Shown here piece after piece: positions 27,241 through 37,412 of a stretch of DNA of 64,000 nucleotides. Every line of letters begins with the position of its first letter. Within the stretch, counting starts at the first letter, position 1. Position numbers and translations under genes: made by a program. Under the pieces are notes generated by a model, which saw only the letters and a list, made by a program, of their open reading frames with translations, made no database searches and was not told where the DNA came from. Source of the stretch: Candidatus Lustribacter sp. (GTDB taxonomy: Bacteria > Vulcanimicrobiota > Vulcanimicrobiia > Vulcanimicrobiales > Vulcanimicrobiaceae); contig OZ255707.1 of assembly GCA_965277075.1 (NCBI GenBank), positions 1,211,338-1,275,337 of the forward strand, read 5' to 3'.

Positions 27241-28512
27241 CTAGTCTGAATCTCCGCTGATCGCATACGGCAGAAGCTCGTACGCACCGTCGGTCACGAC
27301 GCGTGAAACGCGGCGTAGTTGCGGCGAGCGAATCGCAGCAAAGCCCGCCGACTCCAGTGCCACGCGGACCGCGATGCGTCGATATGAACCGCCGGCCAGC
27401 GGCTCGAAGACGAGTGGTTGCCCCGTGTCGGGATCGCGTACGAGCGCGCGGGCCGGGACGACGTACGCATCGGCGGCCGTTCGCACGATGATCGTCGCGG
27501 CCGCGGTGGCGCCCGGGCGCAACACGGTCGCGGAATTCGGCATAATAAATGCCTGTAAGGTACGCGTCTCGGGGTCGAGCGAAGCGTTGACGGTCGAGAC
27601 GGTGCCGGCGAACGTTGTCGGCGAACCGTTGATCGTGATTGTCGCACGATCGCCGGTCTTGACACCGGTCGACTGATCCTCGCTAAGACGAACAGCAACG
27701 ACGGCCTTGGCCGGATCGACGATCGCGAGCACGTTCGTGGTCGTGTCGACGACCTCGCCCGGGCCCTTCGTGCGCGTTGTCACGATGCCGTCGAACGGCG
27801 CGACGATGGTCAAGAGCGCTGCACGCGTTTGCGCCGTTGCGAGCGAGGAACGCGACCGCTCGAGCTCCGCGCGCGCGACGTCGATGTCCGCGACGCGCGG
27901 ACCGGCGATAAGAAGCGATCCGGCCTCCTGTTTGTCGCGTAGATCGGCCGCCGCATCCGCGTACGCCGCCTGTGCCTGCTCGACGTCGCGGCGGGACGCG
28001 ATACCGACCGCCGCCAGCGACTGCTGACGCTGCAACTCGGCACGTGCGGTCCGCGCCTTGGCGTCGGCGCCGGCCACGAGCGCACGATTCTGCGCGAGCT
28101 CCTGCGGGCGAGCCCCGGCGCGTGTCTTCGCGAGCTCCGCTTGCGCGGCACTGACATCGGCCGACGCCTGCGCAACGTCACGCTGCGCAAGACGATTGTC
28201 GAGCCGCGCAAGAACCTCGCCGCGCGAAACACGGTCGCCGATGGAAACGTCGACCGACGCGATCTGGCCTGCAGTCGGAAATGTAAGGTCTGCTTGAGCA
28301 CCGGCCCCCGCCAGCACCTCGCCGCCGGCAGAAATCGCCCCCGTGAGCGACCGGTGTTCGACGCGCGCAAAATGTACGGGGACCGCGGGTCGTTCCACCG
28401 TGCCGGCCGGCGGAGTTTTTTCAGGGCCGCTTTCGTTCGCGCTTTTGGTCGAGCACCCGGCGAGGAAAATGAGTGCCGCTGCAACGAACGCCGTCATTTG
28501 GCGACGGTTCAT
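27241..28512 (-). CDS. Efflux RND periplasmic adaptor (MFP) lipoprotein
   Basis: Lipobox FLAGCS, coiled-coil Ala/Gln-rich hairpin, and beta-barrel/MP domains (…GDRATITINGSPTTFAGTVSTVN…). Confidence 0.85.
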   Translation of the reverse strand: MNRRQMTAFVAAALIFLAGCSTKSANESGPEKTPPAGTVERPAVPVHFARVEHRSLTGAISAGGEVLAGAGAQADLTFPTAGQIASVDVSIGDRVSRGEVLARLDNRLAQRDVAQASADVSAAQAELAKTRAGARPQELAQNRALVAGADAKARTARAELQRQQSLAAVGIASRRDVEQAQAAYADAAADLRDKQEAGSLLIAGPRVADIDVARAELERSRSSLATAQTRAALLTIVAPFDGIVTTRTKGPGEVVDTTTNVLAIVDPAKAVVAVRLSEDQSTGVKTGDRATITINGSPTTFAGTVSTVNASLDPETRTLQAFIMPNSATVLRPGATAAATIIVRTAADAYVVPARALVRDPDTGQPLVFEPLAGGSYRRIAVRVALESAGFAAIRSPQLRRVSRVVTDGAYELLPYAISGDSD

Positions 28513-29819
28513 GGCGCGATCGGATTCCCGAGCAGAATGTCGAGCTTTGCAATGGCGGCAGCATAGTCGCCGCGAGCCTGGTCGCGGTCGGACTGCGCCG
28601 TCGCGACACTCGTGCGAGCGGTGATAACATCGAGCGTTCCGAGCGCGCCTGCTCGAAACCCGATTTGGGCGATCGAGAGACTTTGTGTTGCTTGACGTAC
28701 GGACTCGTCTGCGAAGTCAAGTCGCGCTCGACTCGATTCGATTGCCGCTCGCGCGGCTTCGATCGACGCACGAAGTTGTACTTCGCGGCCGGAAAGTTGC
28801 ACACGCGTCAGCGCGGCGCTCGCCTGCGCTTCGCTTTCGGCTCCGCGGATCGTCCCGAAATCGACAATCGGAATGCTCACGCCGACCGAGGCCGTAGGCC
28901 CGCGCGATGTTTGATTTCCGAGTTGCGGCGCACGTTGCAGCAAATACCCGGCCGCGATGGAAAGCGTTGGGCGACGCTGTGCACGAGCCGCATCGAGTTG
29001 CGCGTTCGAACGCGCGAGCATCGCCTGCAGCTGCGTCGACGTCGGATCGAGACGGAGGGCACGTTGAAGGGCCGCAGTGTCGTCAGAGGCGTTCGCGACG
29101 GCCGGCTGCGGATCGATGGACAACGATGCCGCCGGATCGATCGGCCGCCCGATAAGCGCACCGAGCGCGATCGCACCTTGACGGAGTGCGGAACGTGCTT
29201 GAAACAGTTCGGTCTCCGCTCGCCGCGCTTCAACCGTTGCCCGCAAGACTTCAAAACTGCCGATCGCTCCGGCGCGTTCGCGAAGCCGTGCCGCCGTGAC
29301 GAGGTCGTTCGCGCTTCCCGCGTTTTGTTCGGCCGCGACGGTTCGCGCCTGTGCGCCGGCGACGGCATAATACGCATCGACGATTCGTTGCCGAACGTCG
29401 CGCACGGTGGCTTCGGCCTCCCCACGGGCCGACGCCACATCGACCCGAGCAATCGCCCGTAGCGCGGCGATGCCGGGCGCCAACTGTTGAAGAAAACCCG
29501 CCGAAAGCTGTTGCAGCGAGCCGATGCCGGCTGGAACATCCTCCGTCACACCCGGTTGTACGACGAACTGCAACGGCGGGACCGCCGCTTGCTGCACGCG
29601 GGCTTCCGCCGCAAGGATCGCCGACCGTGCCGCAACGATTTCGAGATTGTGCATATCGCCCTCGTGCAGCACGGCTCCGAGATCGATCGCTCCGGCCAGC
29701 GGCGCCGGACTTGGCGACGCGGGTACGAGTTGCGCCGAAACGCGTTGCGTCATCGCAAGAAAGGCGAGAGCGACGAGCGAAGCGCAAAGCGCCCGATATG
29801 CGCTGAGTGGTACGATCAT
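28509..29819 (-). CDS. TolC-family outer-membrane efflux protein
   Basis: 436 aa with a signal peptide (...AMTQRVSAQ) and two OEP repeats showing the typical Ala/Gln/Arg heptad pattern. Overlaps both neighbours by 4 nt. Confidence 0.8.
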   Translation of the reverse strand: MIVPLSAYRALCASLVALAFLAMTQRVSAQLVPASPSPAPLAGAIDLGAVLHEGDMHNLEIVAARSAILAAEARVQQAAVPPLQFVVQPGVTEDVPAGIGSLQQLSAGFLQQLAPGIAALRAIARVDVASARGEAEATVRDVRQRIVDAYYAVAGAQARTVAAEQNAGSANDLVTAARLRERAGAIGSFEVLRATVEARRAETELFQARSALRQGAIALGALIGRPIDPAASLSIDPQPAVANASDDTAALQRALRLDPTSTQLQAMLARSNAQLDAARAQRRPTLSIAAGYLLQRAPQLGNQTSRGPTASVGVSIPIVDFGTIRGAESEAQASAALTRVQLSGREVQLRASIEAARAAIESSRARLDFADESVRQATQSLSIAQIGFRAGALGTLDVITARTSVATAQSDRDQARGDYAAAIAKLDILLGNPIAP

Positions 29820-32800
29820 CGCAGCGCCGGCTCCCCGGCGTGCGCCATCGACTTCCGCGGGGCCGAACGATCGTTCGGCTGTCGACGATTTCGAAAAGAT
29901 ACGTAGAACACCGGCATGAGATAGAGCGTAAAAAATGTCGAGAAAAGCAGACCGCCGATGGTCGCGACGGCGAGCGGCTTTTGCATCTCGCTGCCGGCGC
30001 CAAGGCCGATCGCGAGCGGAACGACACCGAGCAACGATGTGAGCGTCGTCATGATGATCGGACGCATCCGCAAACGGCCCGCGTGAACCATCGCCTCCTC
30101 CGCGGTGCTGCCTTGCGCGACGAGCTTGTCCACTTCGTCGAAGAGCAGGATGCCGTTCTTGACGACCCCGCCGACGAGCAGAATCAAACCCATGAACGAC
30201 GAGACGTTGAGCGGAATGTTGGTGATGCGCAACGCGGCGACCACGCCGAAGAGTGCCAGGGGCACCGACGAAATAACCACGATCGGGATGCGGAACCCAC
30301 GAAATTCAAAAACCATCGTGATGAAGACGAGCAGAATTGCGATGGCGATCGCCGTGCCGAACTCGGCAAATGACTGCCGTTGCAACGCATAGCGACCGCC
30401 ATAGACGAGACGGTATCCGGAAGGCAGCCGCACGTCGCGAAGCGCGGTGCGAATGTCCGCGATCGTTCCGCCGAGGTCGCGGCCGCTCACGTTCGCCGTT
30501 ACGCGAACGATCTGCTCGAGGTTCTCTTCGTTGCGCTCGGTGGTCGATCCGAGCGGAACGATATCAGCCAGCGAACTCAAACTGTAACTCGAACCATTCG
30601 GCGCGACGATCGGCAGCGTTTGCAGATCGCCGAGCGAGACGTCATTCCACGGCACCGCATAACGGACGCGTACCGGAATCGGGATCGGCAGCCGCGGTAT
30701 CGTCGTCGCGACGACGCCGTCGAAGCCGGCGGCAACGGCCGCTGTGAGCGATGTCGTCGTGAACCCCACGCGGCTGCCGGCGAACGGTTTGAGCCGCACG
30801 AGCGTGTTCGGCGTCGAAAAGACGATGCCGTTGAAATCGTCGACGACGCCTCGGACCTTTGCGATGCGGTCGTCGACGTCTTTCGCGATTGATTCCAGTC
30901 GCGTCTCGTCGCTGCCGAGAATTTTGATTTCAATCGTGCCCGGCGTGTTCGAGAGATCGTTGAGCAAGTCTTGAAGTATCTGCGTGATCGTAAATTTGAG
31001 GATCGGGACCTTCGCGCCGACGTCGCCGCGGATGTCGTCAAGAATTTTGTCGACTCCGTCTTTGCGTTTGTCCCGTTCGAGCATCGTCGCGCGAATGTTC
31101 CCCGCGTTCGGAGGAGCGGGAAAGAAGCCCGACGGATCGAGCCCGGTGAGCCGGGCGTATGCGACGACATTGGGATTCGAACCGATAACGCCTTCGACTT
31201 GTTTCAGGGCTCGGTCCGTCTCATCGAGCGACGTCCCCGGCGGCATCGTAAAATTGAACTCGAACGCCCCTTCATCCATCTCCGGCAAGAAGTCACTTCC
31301 AAGACCGCTCCCGATGAGCAACGTAAACGCGAGAATCGCAGCGGCACACCCGAAAGCAACGAGCGGCCTGCGCAGGAGCCACCGAAGGCCCGGCTCGTAA
31401 CGCTGCAAAAGCCAGTCCATCGAACGCGTACCCGGGTGGCGCGCTCGCGCTTGCGGCGTCTTCGGTGCTCGCAAGAAGTACGCCGAGAGCAGCGGCGTGA
31501 TGAACAGCGCGAAGAACAGGGAGAGCGTTAGCGCTGTTGCAAGCGTGACGGAGAGAGCGGAAAAGAACGCACCTGTTATTCCTGAGAGCAGCGCCAGCGG
31601 AGCAAAGACGACGACGGTGGTGACGGTTGATGCGATCATCGGAACCGAAATTTCCGCCATACCGCGCCGGACGGCTTCGAAGCGCTCGACCCCGTCCTGC
31701 AAATGACGGTAGATGTTCTCGACCACGAAGATCGCATCGACGATGACGAGGCCGACACCGATCGCGAGACCGCCGAGCGTCATGAGATTTAAGCCTTGAC
31801 CGAAAAGGCGCATGAAGAAGAACGCGATCGCGATCGTCAGCGGAATGACGGTTGCGGCGACAAGCGTGCTCCGAATCGAACCAAGAAAGAACCACATGAC
31901 GGCGACGGACAGCAGCGTCCCGAGGAGAATCGAATCGCGCAGGCTCCGAACGGAATCGTTCACGAGCGTCGCCTGATTCCAATACGGGACGATCGAGGCG
32001 CCCGCACCGAGCGTTTGCGTCTCTTTCTGAAGCGCTGCACTGACGTCGCGATCGATCTGCGAGACGTTACCGCCGGGTTGTGCATAGACGTTGAGCAGGA
32101 CGGCGTCGCGGCCCCCGGATGAGACGAGCGACGTTCTCAGCTCGAGCGCATCGTGGACGGTCGCAACATCACCAACGGTAATGGGTGTCCCCTTGCGGTT
32201 TTCGACGACGATTTTTGCGACGTCTTCGGGGGACCGAGGTCCGCCGCTCACGAGCACGATTTGGCTCTGATGAAACCCGTTGAAATGACCGACCGATGTC
32301 ACCGCGTTATCGGCGGCAATCGCCGAAGAGAGCTTGTCGATGTCGATCCCGCGCGATGCCGCTTGCTGCGGCTCGACGGAAACCCAGTACTCGGGACGGC
32401 GGCCGCCGACCACACGAACCTGCGCAACGCCGTCGATTCCCGTTAGCGCCGGCTTGACCGTGAATTCCGCGAGCCGGCGAATCTCTGCCGTGCTCTTCCC
32501 GGCAACCGCAACCGTGTAGCCGAAAACAGGAAAGATATTCGGATTAACATATTGCGCCTGCACGTCCGTACCGGGCGGCAGCGTTGCCCGCGCATCGGAG
32601 ACGACGGAATTAACGCGCTGCAGATCGACGTTGACATCGATCGACGGGTCGAAGGTGATGGAAACAAGGCTCGATCCCTGCGCGGAATTCGATTGAACGA
32701 GCTTGACGCCGACGATCGTCGAAACTGCCAGCTCGATCGGCCGCGTGATGTTCTGCTGCACCTGTTCCGGCGGCATCTGCCCGGCTTGCGCGACCACGAC

Positions 32801-32935
32801 GACGCGCGCGAACGATATACGCGGATAGATCGACATGGGAAGCTGGCCGACCGACATGAGTCCGAGGGCGACGAAAACGGCGAGCGCGACGAGCAAACCG
32901 CGAGCGTTGCGCAAAGCGAAGTCGGCAAAGGCCAA
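29816..32935 (-). CDS. RND efflux permease (AcrB/CusA/CzcA superfamily)
   Basis: 1039 aa with a 12-TM plus two-large-loop layout. A TTG start is preceded by GGAG. The substrate class is not decidable by eye. Confidence 0.9.
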   Translation of the reverse strand: MAFADFALRNARGLLVALAVFVALGLMSVGQLPMSIYPRISFARVVVVAQAGQMPPEQVQQNITRPIELAVSTIVGVKLVQSNSAQGSSLVSITFDPSIDVNVDLQRVNSVVSDARATLPPGTDVQAQYVNPNIFPVFGYTVAVAGKSTAEIRRLAEFTVKPALTGIDGVAQVRVVGGRRPEYWVSVEPQQAASRGIDIDKLSSAIAADNAVTSVGHFNGFHQSQIVLVSGGPRSPEDVAKIVVENRKGTPITVGDVATVHDALELRTSLVSSGGRDAVLLNVYAQPGGNVSQIDRDVSAALQKETQTLGAGASIVPYWNQATLVNDSVRSLRDSILLGTLLSVAVMWFFLGSIRSTLVAATVIPLTIAIAFFFMRLFGQGLNLMTLGGLAIGVGLVIVDAIFVVENIYRHLQDGVERFEAVRRGMAEISVPMIASTVTTVVVFAPLALLSGITGAFFSALSVTLATALTLSLFFALFITPLLSAYFLRAPKTPQARARHPGTRSMDWLLQRYEPGLRWLLRRPLVAFGCAAAILAFTLLIGSGLGSDFLPEMDEGAFEFNFTMPPGTSLDETDRALKQVEGVIGSNPNVVAYARLTGLDPSGFFPAPPNAGNIRATMLERDKRKDGVDKILDDIRGDVGAKVPILKFTITQILQDLLNDLSNTPGTIEIKILGSDETRLESIAKDVDDRIAKVRGVVDDFNGIVFSTPNTLVRLKPFAGSRVGFTTTSLTAAVAAGFDGVVATTIPRLPIPIPVRVRYAVPWNDVSLGDLQTLPIVAPNGSSYSLSSLADIVPLGSTTERNEENLEQIVRVTANVSGRDLGGTIADIRTALRDVRLPSGYRLVYGGRYALQRQSFAEFGTAIAIAILLVFITMVFEFRGFRIPIVVISSVPLALFGVVAALRITNIPLNVSSFMGLILLVGGVVKNGILLFDEVDKLVAQGSTAEEAMVHAGRLRMRPIIMTTLTSLLGVVPLAIGLGAGSEMQKPLAVATIGGLLFSTFFTLYLMPVFYVSFRNRRQPNDRSAPRKSMAHAGEPALR

Positions 32936-32966
32936 AGAAGCTCCAACGGGCGGACAGCAGCCCAGT

Positions 32967-32981
32967 ACTACATCGTGTAGT
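32967..32981. promoter_or_regulatory. BlaI/CopY-type operator candidate (ACTACA-TCG-TGTAGT)
   Basis: Perfect 6-3-6 palindrome containing the TACA...TGTA dyad. It lies 32-46 nt upstream of the RND start codon and downstream of the blaR1-like gene. Confidence 0.5.
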
Positions 32982-33038
32982 TACAAACGGAGGTTGATGT
33001 TCCTGTGCTTCGCGCGTGCAGCTAGTGCCCTGGATGAC

Positions 33039-33824
33039 TTAGCAGTGATGCGATCTGAGATACGGCAGATCGTGCATGAAGTCGGCGTGTGAGATGGCTA
33101 ACGCGATAAAGAACGCGATCACCGCTGCCGGCGCGGCGACGTTCATGAAGGGCGACGGACGCCGTTCCGCCCGACCGTCGTTACACAGGACATGTCGATC
33201 GCGAGCGCGCCGCGTAAGGAGCCGCTCGTACACGAGCGGATCGCCGCTCCCGGCGACCTCGACGTTCGCTCGGATTTCTCGTCGTAGGCGAAGCGTGCGT
33301 TCAAGACTCGTGAAGCCGGGGAGCAATAACGCCGAGAAAAGGATGTGCCAGAACAGGTTCCATGCGGCATCACGATTGCGAACGTGCACCATCTCGTGCC
33401 GCGCCACAAGCCTGAACTCGAGGCCGTCGAGGTCCTCGATGAAACCGCGCGAGACGAATATCTTCGCTCGGAGGATGCCCGACGCCGTAAAGCAGATCGA
33501 TGCTGCGGCCTCCAGATAAACGATCTCCGGCGGACGCACCGCCGCCCGTTGCGCCTCGTGACGGAAAGCCTCGTTCAGCTGCGACGGCGGTTCGCTCGAC
33601 AGAGCCGAAAGCAGCGCGAGCCTGTTTCGTACGAGTCCGATTTGAACGACCACCGCGCCCATCGAAAGCAGGGCGGCGCCAAGCACGAGTTGCGGCAAGA
33701 TGCGGTGCAACGCGAGAATGCCGTGGTACATCGGATCCATCGGCGCAAACCAGCAGAAGCGATCGGCGATAAGTGAAAGCGGGAACAGAAAAATGAGGAG
33801 CGAGAGCCAAACGTACCGGCGCAC
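33039..33824 (-). CDS. M56 family (BlaR1/MecR1-like) membrane metallopeptidase, no sensor domain
   Basis: 261 aa with several TM helices and HEMVHVRNRD (HEXXH). Confidence 0.75.
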   Translation of the reverse strand: MRRYVWLSLLIFLFPLSLIADRFCWFAPMDPMYHGILALHRILPQLVLGAALLSMGAVVVQIGLVRNRLALLSALSSEPPSQLNEAFRHEAQRAAVRPPEIVYLEAAASICFTASGILRAKIFVSRGFIEDLDGLEFRLVARHEMVHVRNRDAAWNLFWHILFSALLLPGFTSLERTLRLRREIRANVEVAGSGDPLVYERLLTRRARDRHVLCNDGRAERRPSPFMNVAAPAAVIAFFIALAISHADFMHDLPYLRSHHC

Positions 33825-33832
33825 GCGAATCC

Positions 33833-34264
33833 TCAGGAGGCACGCCGTCGCCGTTTTGGCAGCAGCCGCAACATCGTCTCGAGGGCAGCCTCGTCACTCG
33901 CGATCGCATCGACAAAGCCGTGGATCGCGGCCTGACCATGCTCATCGAGCAGCCCGGCAATGACGTCTCCAACGACGCGATTGACGAATTGCTCCCGACT
34001 CAACGCGGCCGCGTAGCACGTGTCCCGGTGCACACCGCTCTTTTTGACCAAGCCCTTCTTCTGGAGACGCAGCAGCTCGGTCGAAATCGTCGTGTACGCG
34101 ACCGGCGCACGCGCGTCGAGGTCGCGTGCGATCGCATGGAGCGAGCCGCCACCGCTCGACCACAAGTGCTCCATGATGCGCGACTGCAGCTCGCCGAGGG
34201 CCTGAGCGGACCCCTTCGCGCGCGGCCGAAACGCAATCGGTCCTCGAAACTTCATCCCACCCAT
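33833..34264 (-). CDS. BlaI/MecI/CopY family transcriptional repressor
   Basis: Winged-helix N-domain (LGELQSRIMEHLWSSGGGSLHAIARDLDARAPVAYTTISTELLRLQKKGLVKK) and a dimerisation C-terminus. Confidence 0.85.
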   Translation of the reverse strand: MGGMKFRGPIAFRPRAKGSAQALGELQSRIMEHLWSSGGGSLHAIARDLDARAPVAYTTISTELLRLQKKGLVKKSGVHRDTCYAAALSREQFVNRVVGDVIAGLLDEHGQAAIHGFVDAIASDEAALETMLRLLPKRRRRAS

Positions 34265-34312
34265 CGCCCACGCATACGACGCTCCGTCATAACGACCCGC
34301 CCGCAGGGGGCG

Positions 34313-34549
34313 TTATTTGAAGTCGCGCTCGAGATGCGTCGTACCCTGCTGACCGTTCGCAGTTGCCGAGATATCGAACGCCCATTTCGTCGCGTGGCCG
34401 AGCTTCGGATTCGCAATGTACGTACCGTTGCCGTGCTCCCGGACGATGATGTCTGCGCCCTTCATCGACATCGTCGGCATGCTCGTTGCGATTTTGACCG
34501 CCGCTCCGTGAACCGGTGCGCCCGCAGCATTCTTCACGGTAACGATCAC
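34313..34549 (-). CDS. FixH/YtkA-like domain protein lacking an N-terminal signal (possibly disrupted)
   Basis: IVTVKNAAGAPVHGAAVKIATSMPTMSMKGADIIVREHGNGTYIANPKLGHATKWAF fits the YtkA/FixH Ig-like domain. The in-frame upstream sequence (..EASDGKLSVTAAFTPDPPSSKGSDT) has no start codon and is closed by a stop at 34652-34654. Confidence 0.5.
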   Translation of the reverse strand: MIVTVKNAAGAPVHGAAVKIATSMPTMSMKGADIIVREHGNGTYIANPKLGHATKWAFDISATANGQQGTTHLERDFK

Positions 34550-34696
34550 CGTGTCGCTGCCTTTACTCGAGGGCGGGTCGGGTGTGAACGCTGCCGTAAC
34601 GGATAGCTTCCCGTCCGATGCCTCCGCGTCGGTGAGAAGCGCTCGGACGCATCATGAGAGCTGCCGGCATCCTTCGGCACGCCGGGACAGGTACGA

Positions 34697-35158
34697 TCAG
34701 CTACTCTTCGTGAGTTGGTTACGAAAGGTCATACCGACGCGCTCCATGAGTGCAATCGATGCAGCATTATCACGGCGCGCCACCCCCCAGATCTCCGAAG
34801 CGCCGTCGACGACGAACGCCCGCTCAAGAACGGCGCGTGCCGCCTCCGTGCCGTACCCGCGGCGCCGCAACGCACGATCGATCAGCCAATCCGCCTCGAA
34901 CCGTTGACGCGGACGGTGATGACGGACACCAGCGTGCCCGATCACCCGGTCCGTTGCCGCTTCAACCACGGCATAATTTCCAAATCCGAAGTCGTCCGGC
35001 GTAAACGTCGATCCGTTGCCGAAATACCGCATGGTCTCCGCGTCACCGTAGATGCCGACGATCGCTCCGGCATCCGCAATCTCCCAACGCCGAAGAAGAA
35101 GGCGTGGCGTGGTGGCGACGATCATGATTGCGACGTAAGCCACCTTGCTGATGGACAA
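34697..35158 (-). CDS. GNAT family N-acetyltransferase (RimJ/RimL-like)
   Basis: TPRLLLRRWEIADAGAIVGIYGDAETMRYF...ADWLIDRALRRRGYGTEAARAVLERAF...NAASIALMERVGM. The start may be 35125. Confidence 0.65.
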   Translation of the reverse strand: MSISKVAYVAIMIVATTPRLLLRRWEIADAGAIVGIYGDAETMRYFGNGSTFTPDDFGFGNYAVVEAATDRVIGHAGVRHHRPRQRFEADWLIDRALRRRGYGTEAARAVLERAFVVDGASEIWGVARRDNAASIALMERVGMTFRNQLTKSS

Positions 35159-35183
35159 CGCATCTCTGTGCCATGGTGACGAG

Positions 35184-37412
35184 ATGAAATATCAACCAGC
35201 GCGCCGCCTCGGCTCGATCGCACGCGACGAGCGGATTCGCTGTATTCTCGTGTTTCTGTGCGCGTTTGTCGCGTTGGTCGCAACCGCACGCTCGGCGCCG
35301 GCCGCCGAGGCCGGCGGCCCGAGGCACTTTTTGGGCGATCGCTACGTGCGGACACGCATTCTTCCCGAGTCCGGAACGGTCGCGCGGGGTGGTTCGACAT
35401 CACTCGCGATCGAGTTCACCACGTCCCCAGGTTGGCACATTTACTGGCGTAATCCGGGCGACGCCGGCGGTCCCCCGGAAAGTAAGTGGACGCTCGCGCA
35501 TGGCATCTCGGTGGGTCCGACGATGTGGCCGACGCCCGATCGGCGGACGGACGCCGGGATCACGACGTACGTCTACACCGGTCGGACCACGCTGCTCGTT
35601 CCCCTCGACATCGCCCGCGACGCACATCTCGGTACGACGGCCCTGCACGCTGATCTTACGTGGCTGGTTTGTTCGAATGTCTGCGTTCCGGGAAGCGGAA
35701 AGGCCAGCGCCAACGTAGTGATCGCCGATAACGCGACGTTGCCTGATCCACGGAACGACAGCCTCTTCGCCGCTGCACGCGCGCGTCTGCCGCTGCAGGC
35801 GAATTTCGAATCGACTTTCACGGCAAGCCATGGCTCCTTGCGCATTGCGGAGCCGCGCGCACCCTTCGGTGAGCGTCTGACCGACGCGTACTTCTTTCCG
35901 CTCGACCCGAACCTCATCGCCCAATCTTCTCCGCAACGGCTCACGACCGACGGTACGCTGACGCTAACGCTGCAGCTCAAAAACGCGCAAGACGGCGCGC
36001 CGCGGCAGATCGACGGTGTGCTGGCGATCAAATCGATCGATGCCGTCGGGCATCGCCAATTTCGTGGCTACGCTATCAACGCTGTGCCTGCGTCGATCGC
36101 GCAAGTGACCGCGCCACGATCGCTCGTTGCAGCGCTGGTACTTGCGTTTCTCGGCGGCATCGTTCTCAACGTGATGCCCTGCGTGTTTCCCGTCCTTTCG
36201 TTCAAAGCGCTTGGCGCCATCAAAGAGGTCGATCCACGTCAGCGCTGGTCACGAGCGACGTCTTACGCGCTCGGCGTCATCGGAAGCTGCTTAACCCTGG
36301 GCGTGCTCCTGCTCGCGCTGCGCGGCGGCGGCCAGGCGATCGGATGGGGATTCCAATATCAGTCGCCACTTTTCGTCGCACTGCTCACGCTGCTGCTGCT
36401 CGCGCTCGCACTCTCGATGTCGGGCGTCGCGGAGTTCGTCATCCCGCTGCCCGGCCCGCTCGCTCACCGCAACGGCGGTAACGGGAACGTTACAGCGTTC
36501 GTCGACGGTGCCCTCGTAACGCTGATCGCATCTGCGTGCACCGCTCCCTTTATGGGCGCGGCGTTGGGCTTTGCTTTAACCGCGAGCGGTCCCGCCGGCT
36601 TGAGCGTCTTTGCAGCGCTCGGTCTCGGCCTTGCCCTGCCCTACGTCATCGTGACGGGTGTTCCCGCGATCGCCGCGCGGCTGCCGAAACCGGGCAGGTG
36701 GATGGTCTTAGCGCAACGCCTTTTTGCCTTTCCGCTTTATGCTACGGTCGCGTGGCTCGTTTGGGTCTTTTCTCAGGAAGTCGACGGCGGCTCTCTGTTT
36801 TCGTTGCTGATCGCGCTCGTCTGTGTCGGCTTCGCCGTCTCGGCGTACGGCGCGTCGGCCGATCTCGGGCGAGTTTGGCGGCGGGCGTTCGTTCTGCTGA
36901 GCATCGTGGCTTTCGCTGCGGCGATCGCAATCGTCGCGCCGGTCAACGCGATGCAGCATAGCGCGAGCAAAGAAGCCAGCTCGACCGAGGTCTTGCATTA
37001 CGAGCCGTTCGCAGCGTCGCGGCTTGCTGCGTTGCGCGCGGCTCATCGTGCCGTGCTGGTCAACGTCACCGCGGCATGGTGCATCACCTGTCAGGTCAAC
37101 GATCGCCTTGCGCTCGGGCGGCCGGAGGTGCTGGAGCGATTCGCCGCCCAGCACGTCACACTTTTGCGGGCTGACTGGACGAATCAAGATGCGCGGATTA
37201 CCGAGTATCTGCAGCAGTTCGGTCGTAGCGGCGTTCCACTCTACGTGTACTATGCGGCTGACGGCAACGTTGACGTTTGGCCGCAACTCCTCACGCCGAG
37301 CCTTGTCCTCGAGCGGCTGGAACACCATCATGTCGTTGCCCTCAGCGCGCGCTTGTCACAAGACGCGTATCTTCATGCGTTATCCCAAGGCACCCCCACG
37401 GCTGATCAATAG
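35184..37412 (+). CDS. DsbD/ScsB-family thiol:disulfide reductase (N-terminal DsbD-alpha-like, DsbD_2 TM core, C-terminal thioredoxin)
   Basis: The start is at the MKYQPARR Met. Contains [16 protein letters not shown]...[10 protein letters not shown], a TM core with [10 protein letters not shown] and SACTAPF, and the C-terminal motif [10 protein letters not shown]. Confidence 0.85.
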   Translation: MKYQPARRLGSIARDERIRCILVFLCAFVALVATARSAPAAEAGGPRHFLGDRYVRTRILPESGTVARGGSTSLAIEFTTSPGWHIYWRNPGDAGGPPESKWTLAHGISVGPTMWPTPDRRTDAGITTYVYTGRTTLLVPLDIARDAHLGTTALHADLTWLVCSNVCVPGSGKASANVVIADNATLPDPRNDSLFAAARARLPLQANFESTFTASHGSLRIAEPRAPFGERLTDAYFFPLDPNLIAQSSPQRLTTDGTLTLTLQLKNAQDGAPRQIDGVLAIKSIDAVGHRQFRGYAINAVPASIAQVTAPRSLVAALVLAFLGGIVLNVMPCVFPVLSFKALGAIKEVDPRQRWSRATSYALGVIGSCLTLGVLLLALRGGGQAIGWGFQYQSPLFVALLTLLLLALALSMSGVAEFVIPLPGPLAHRNGGNGNVTAFVDGALVTLIASACTAPFMGAALGFALTASGPAGLSVFAALGLGLALPYVIVTGVPAIAARLPKPGRWMVLAQRLFAFPLYATVAWLVWVFSQEVDGGSLFSLLIALVCVGFAVSAYGASADLGRVWRRAFVLLSIVAFAAAIAIVAPVNAMQHSASKEASSTEVLHYEPFAASRLAALRAAHRAVLVNVTAAWCITCQVNDRLALGRPEVLERFAAQHVTLLRADWTNQDARITEYLQQFGRSGVPLYVYYAADGNVDVWPQLLTPSLVLERLEHHHVVALSARLSQDAYLHALSQGTPTADQ

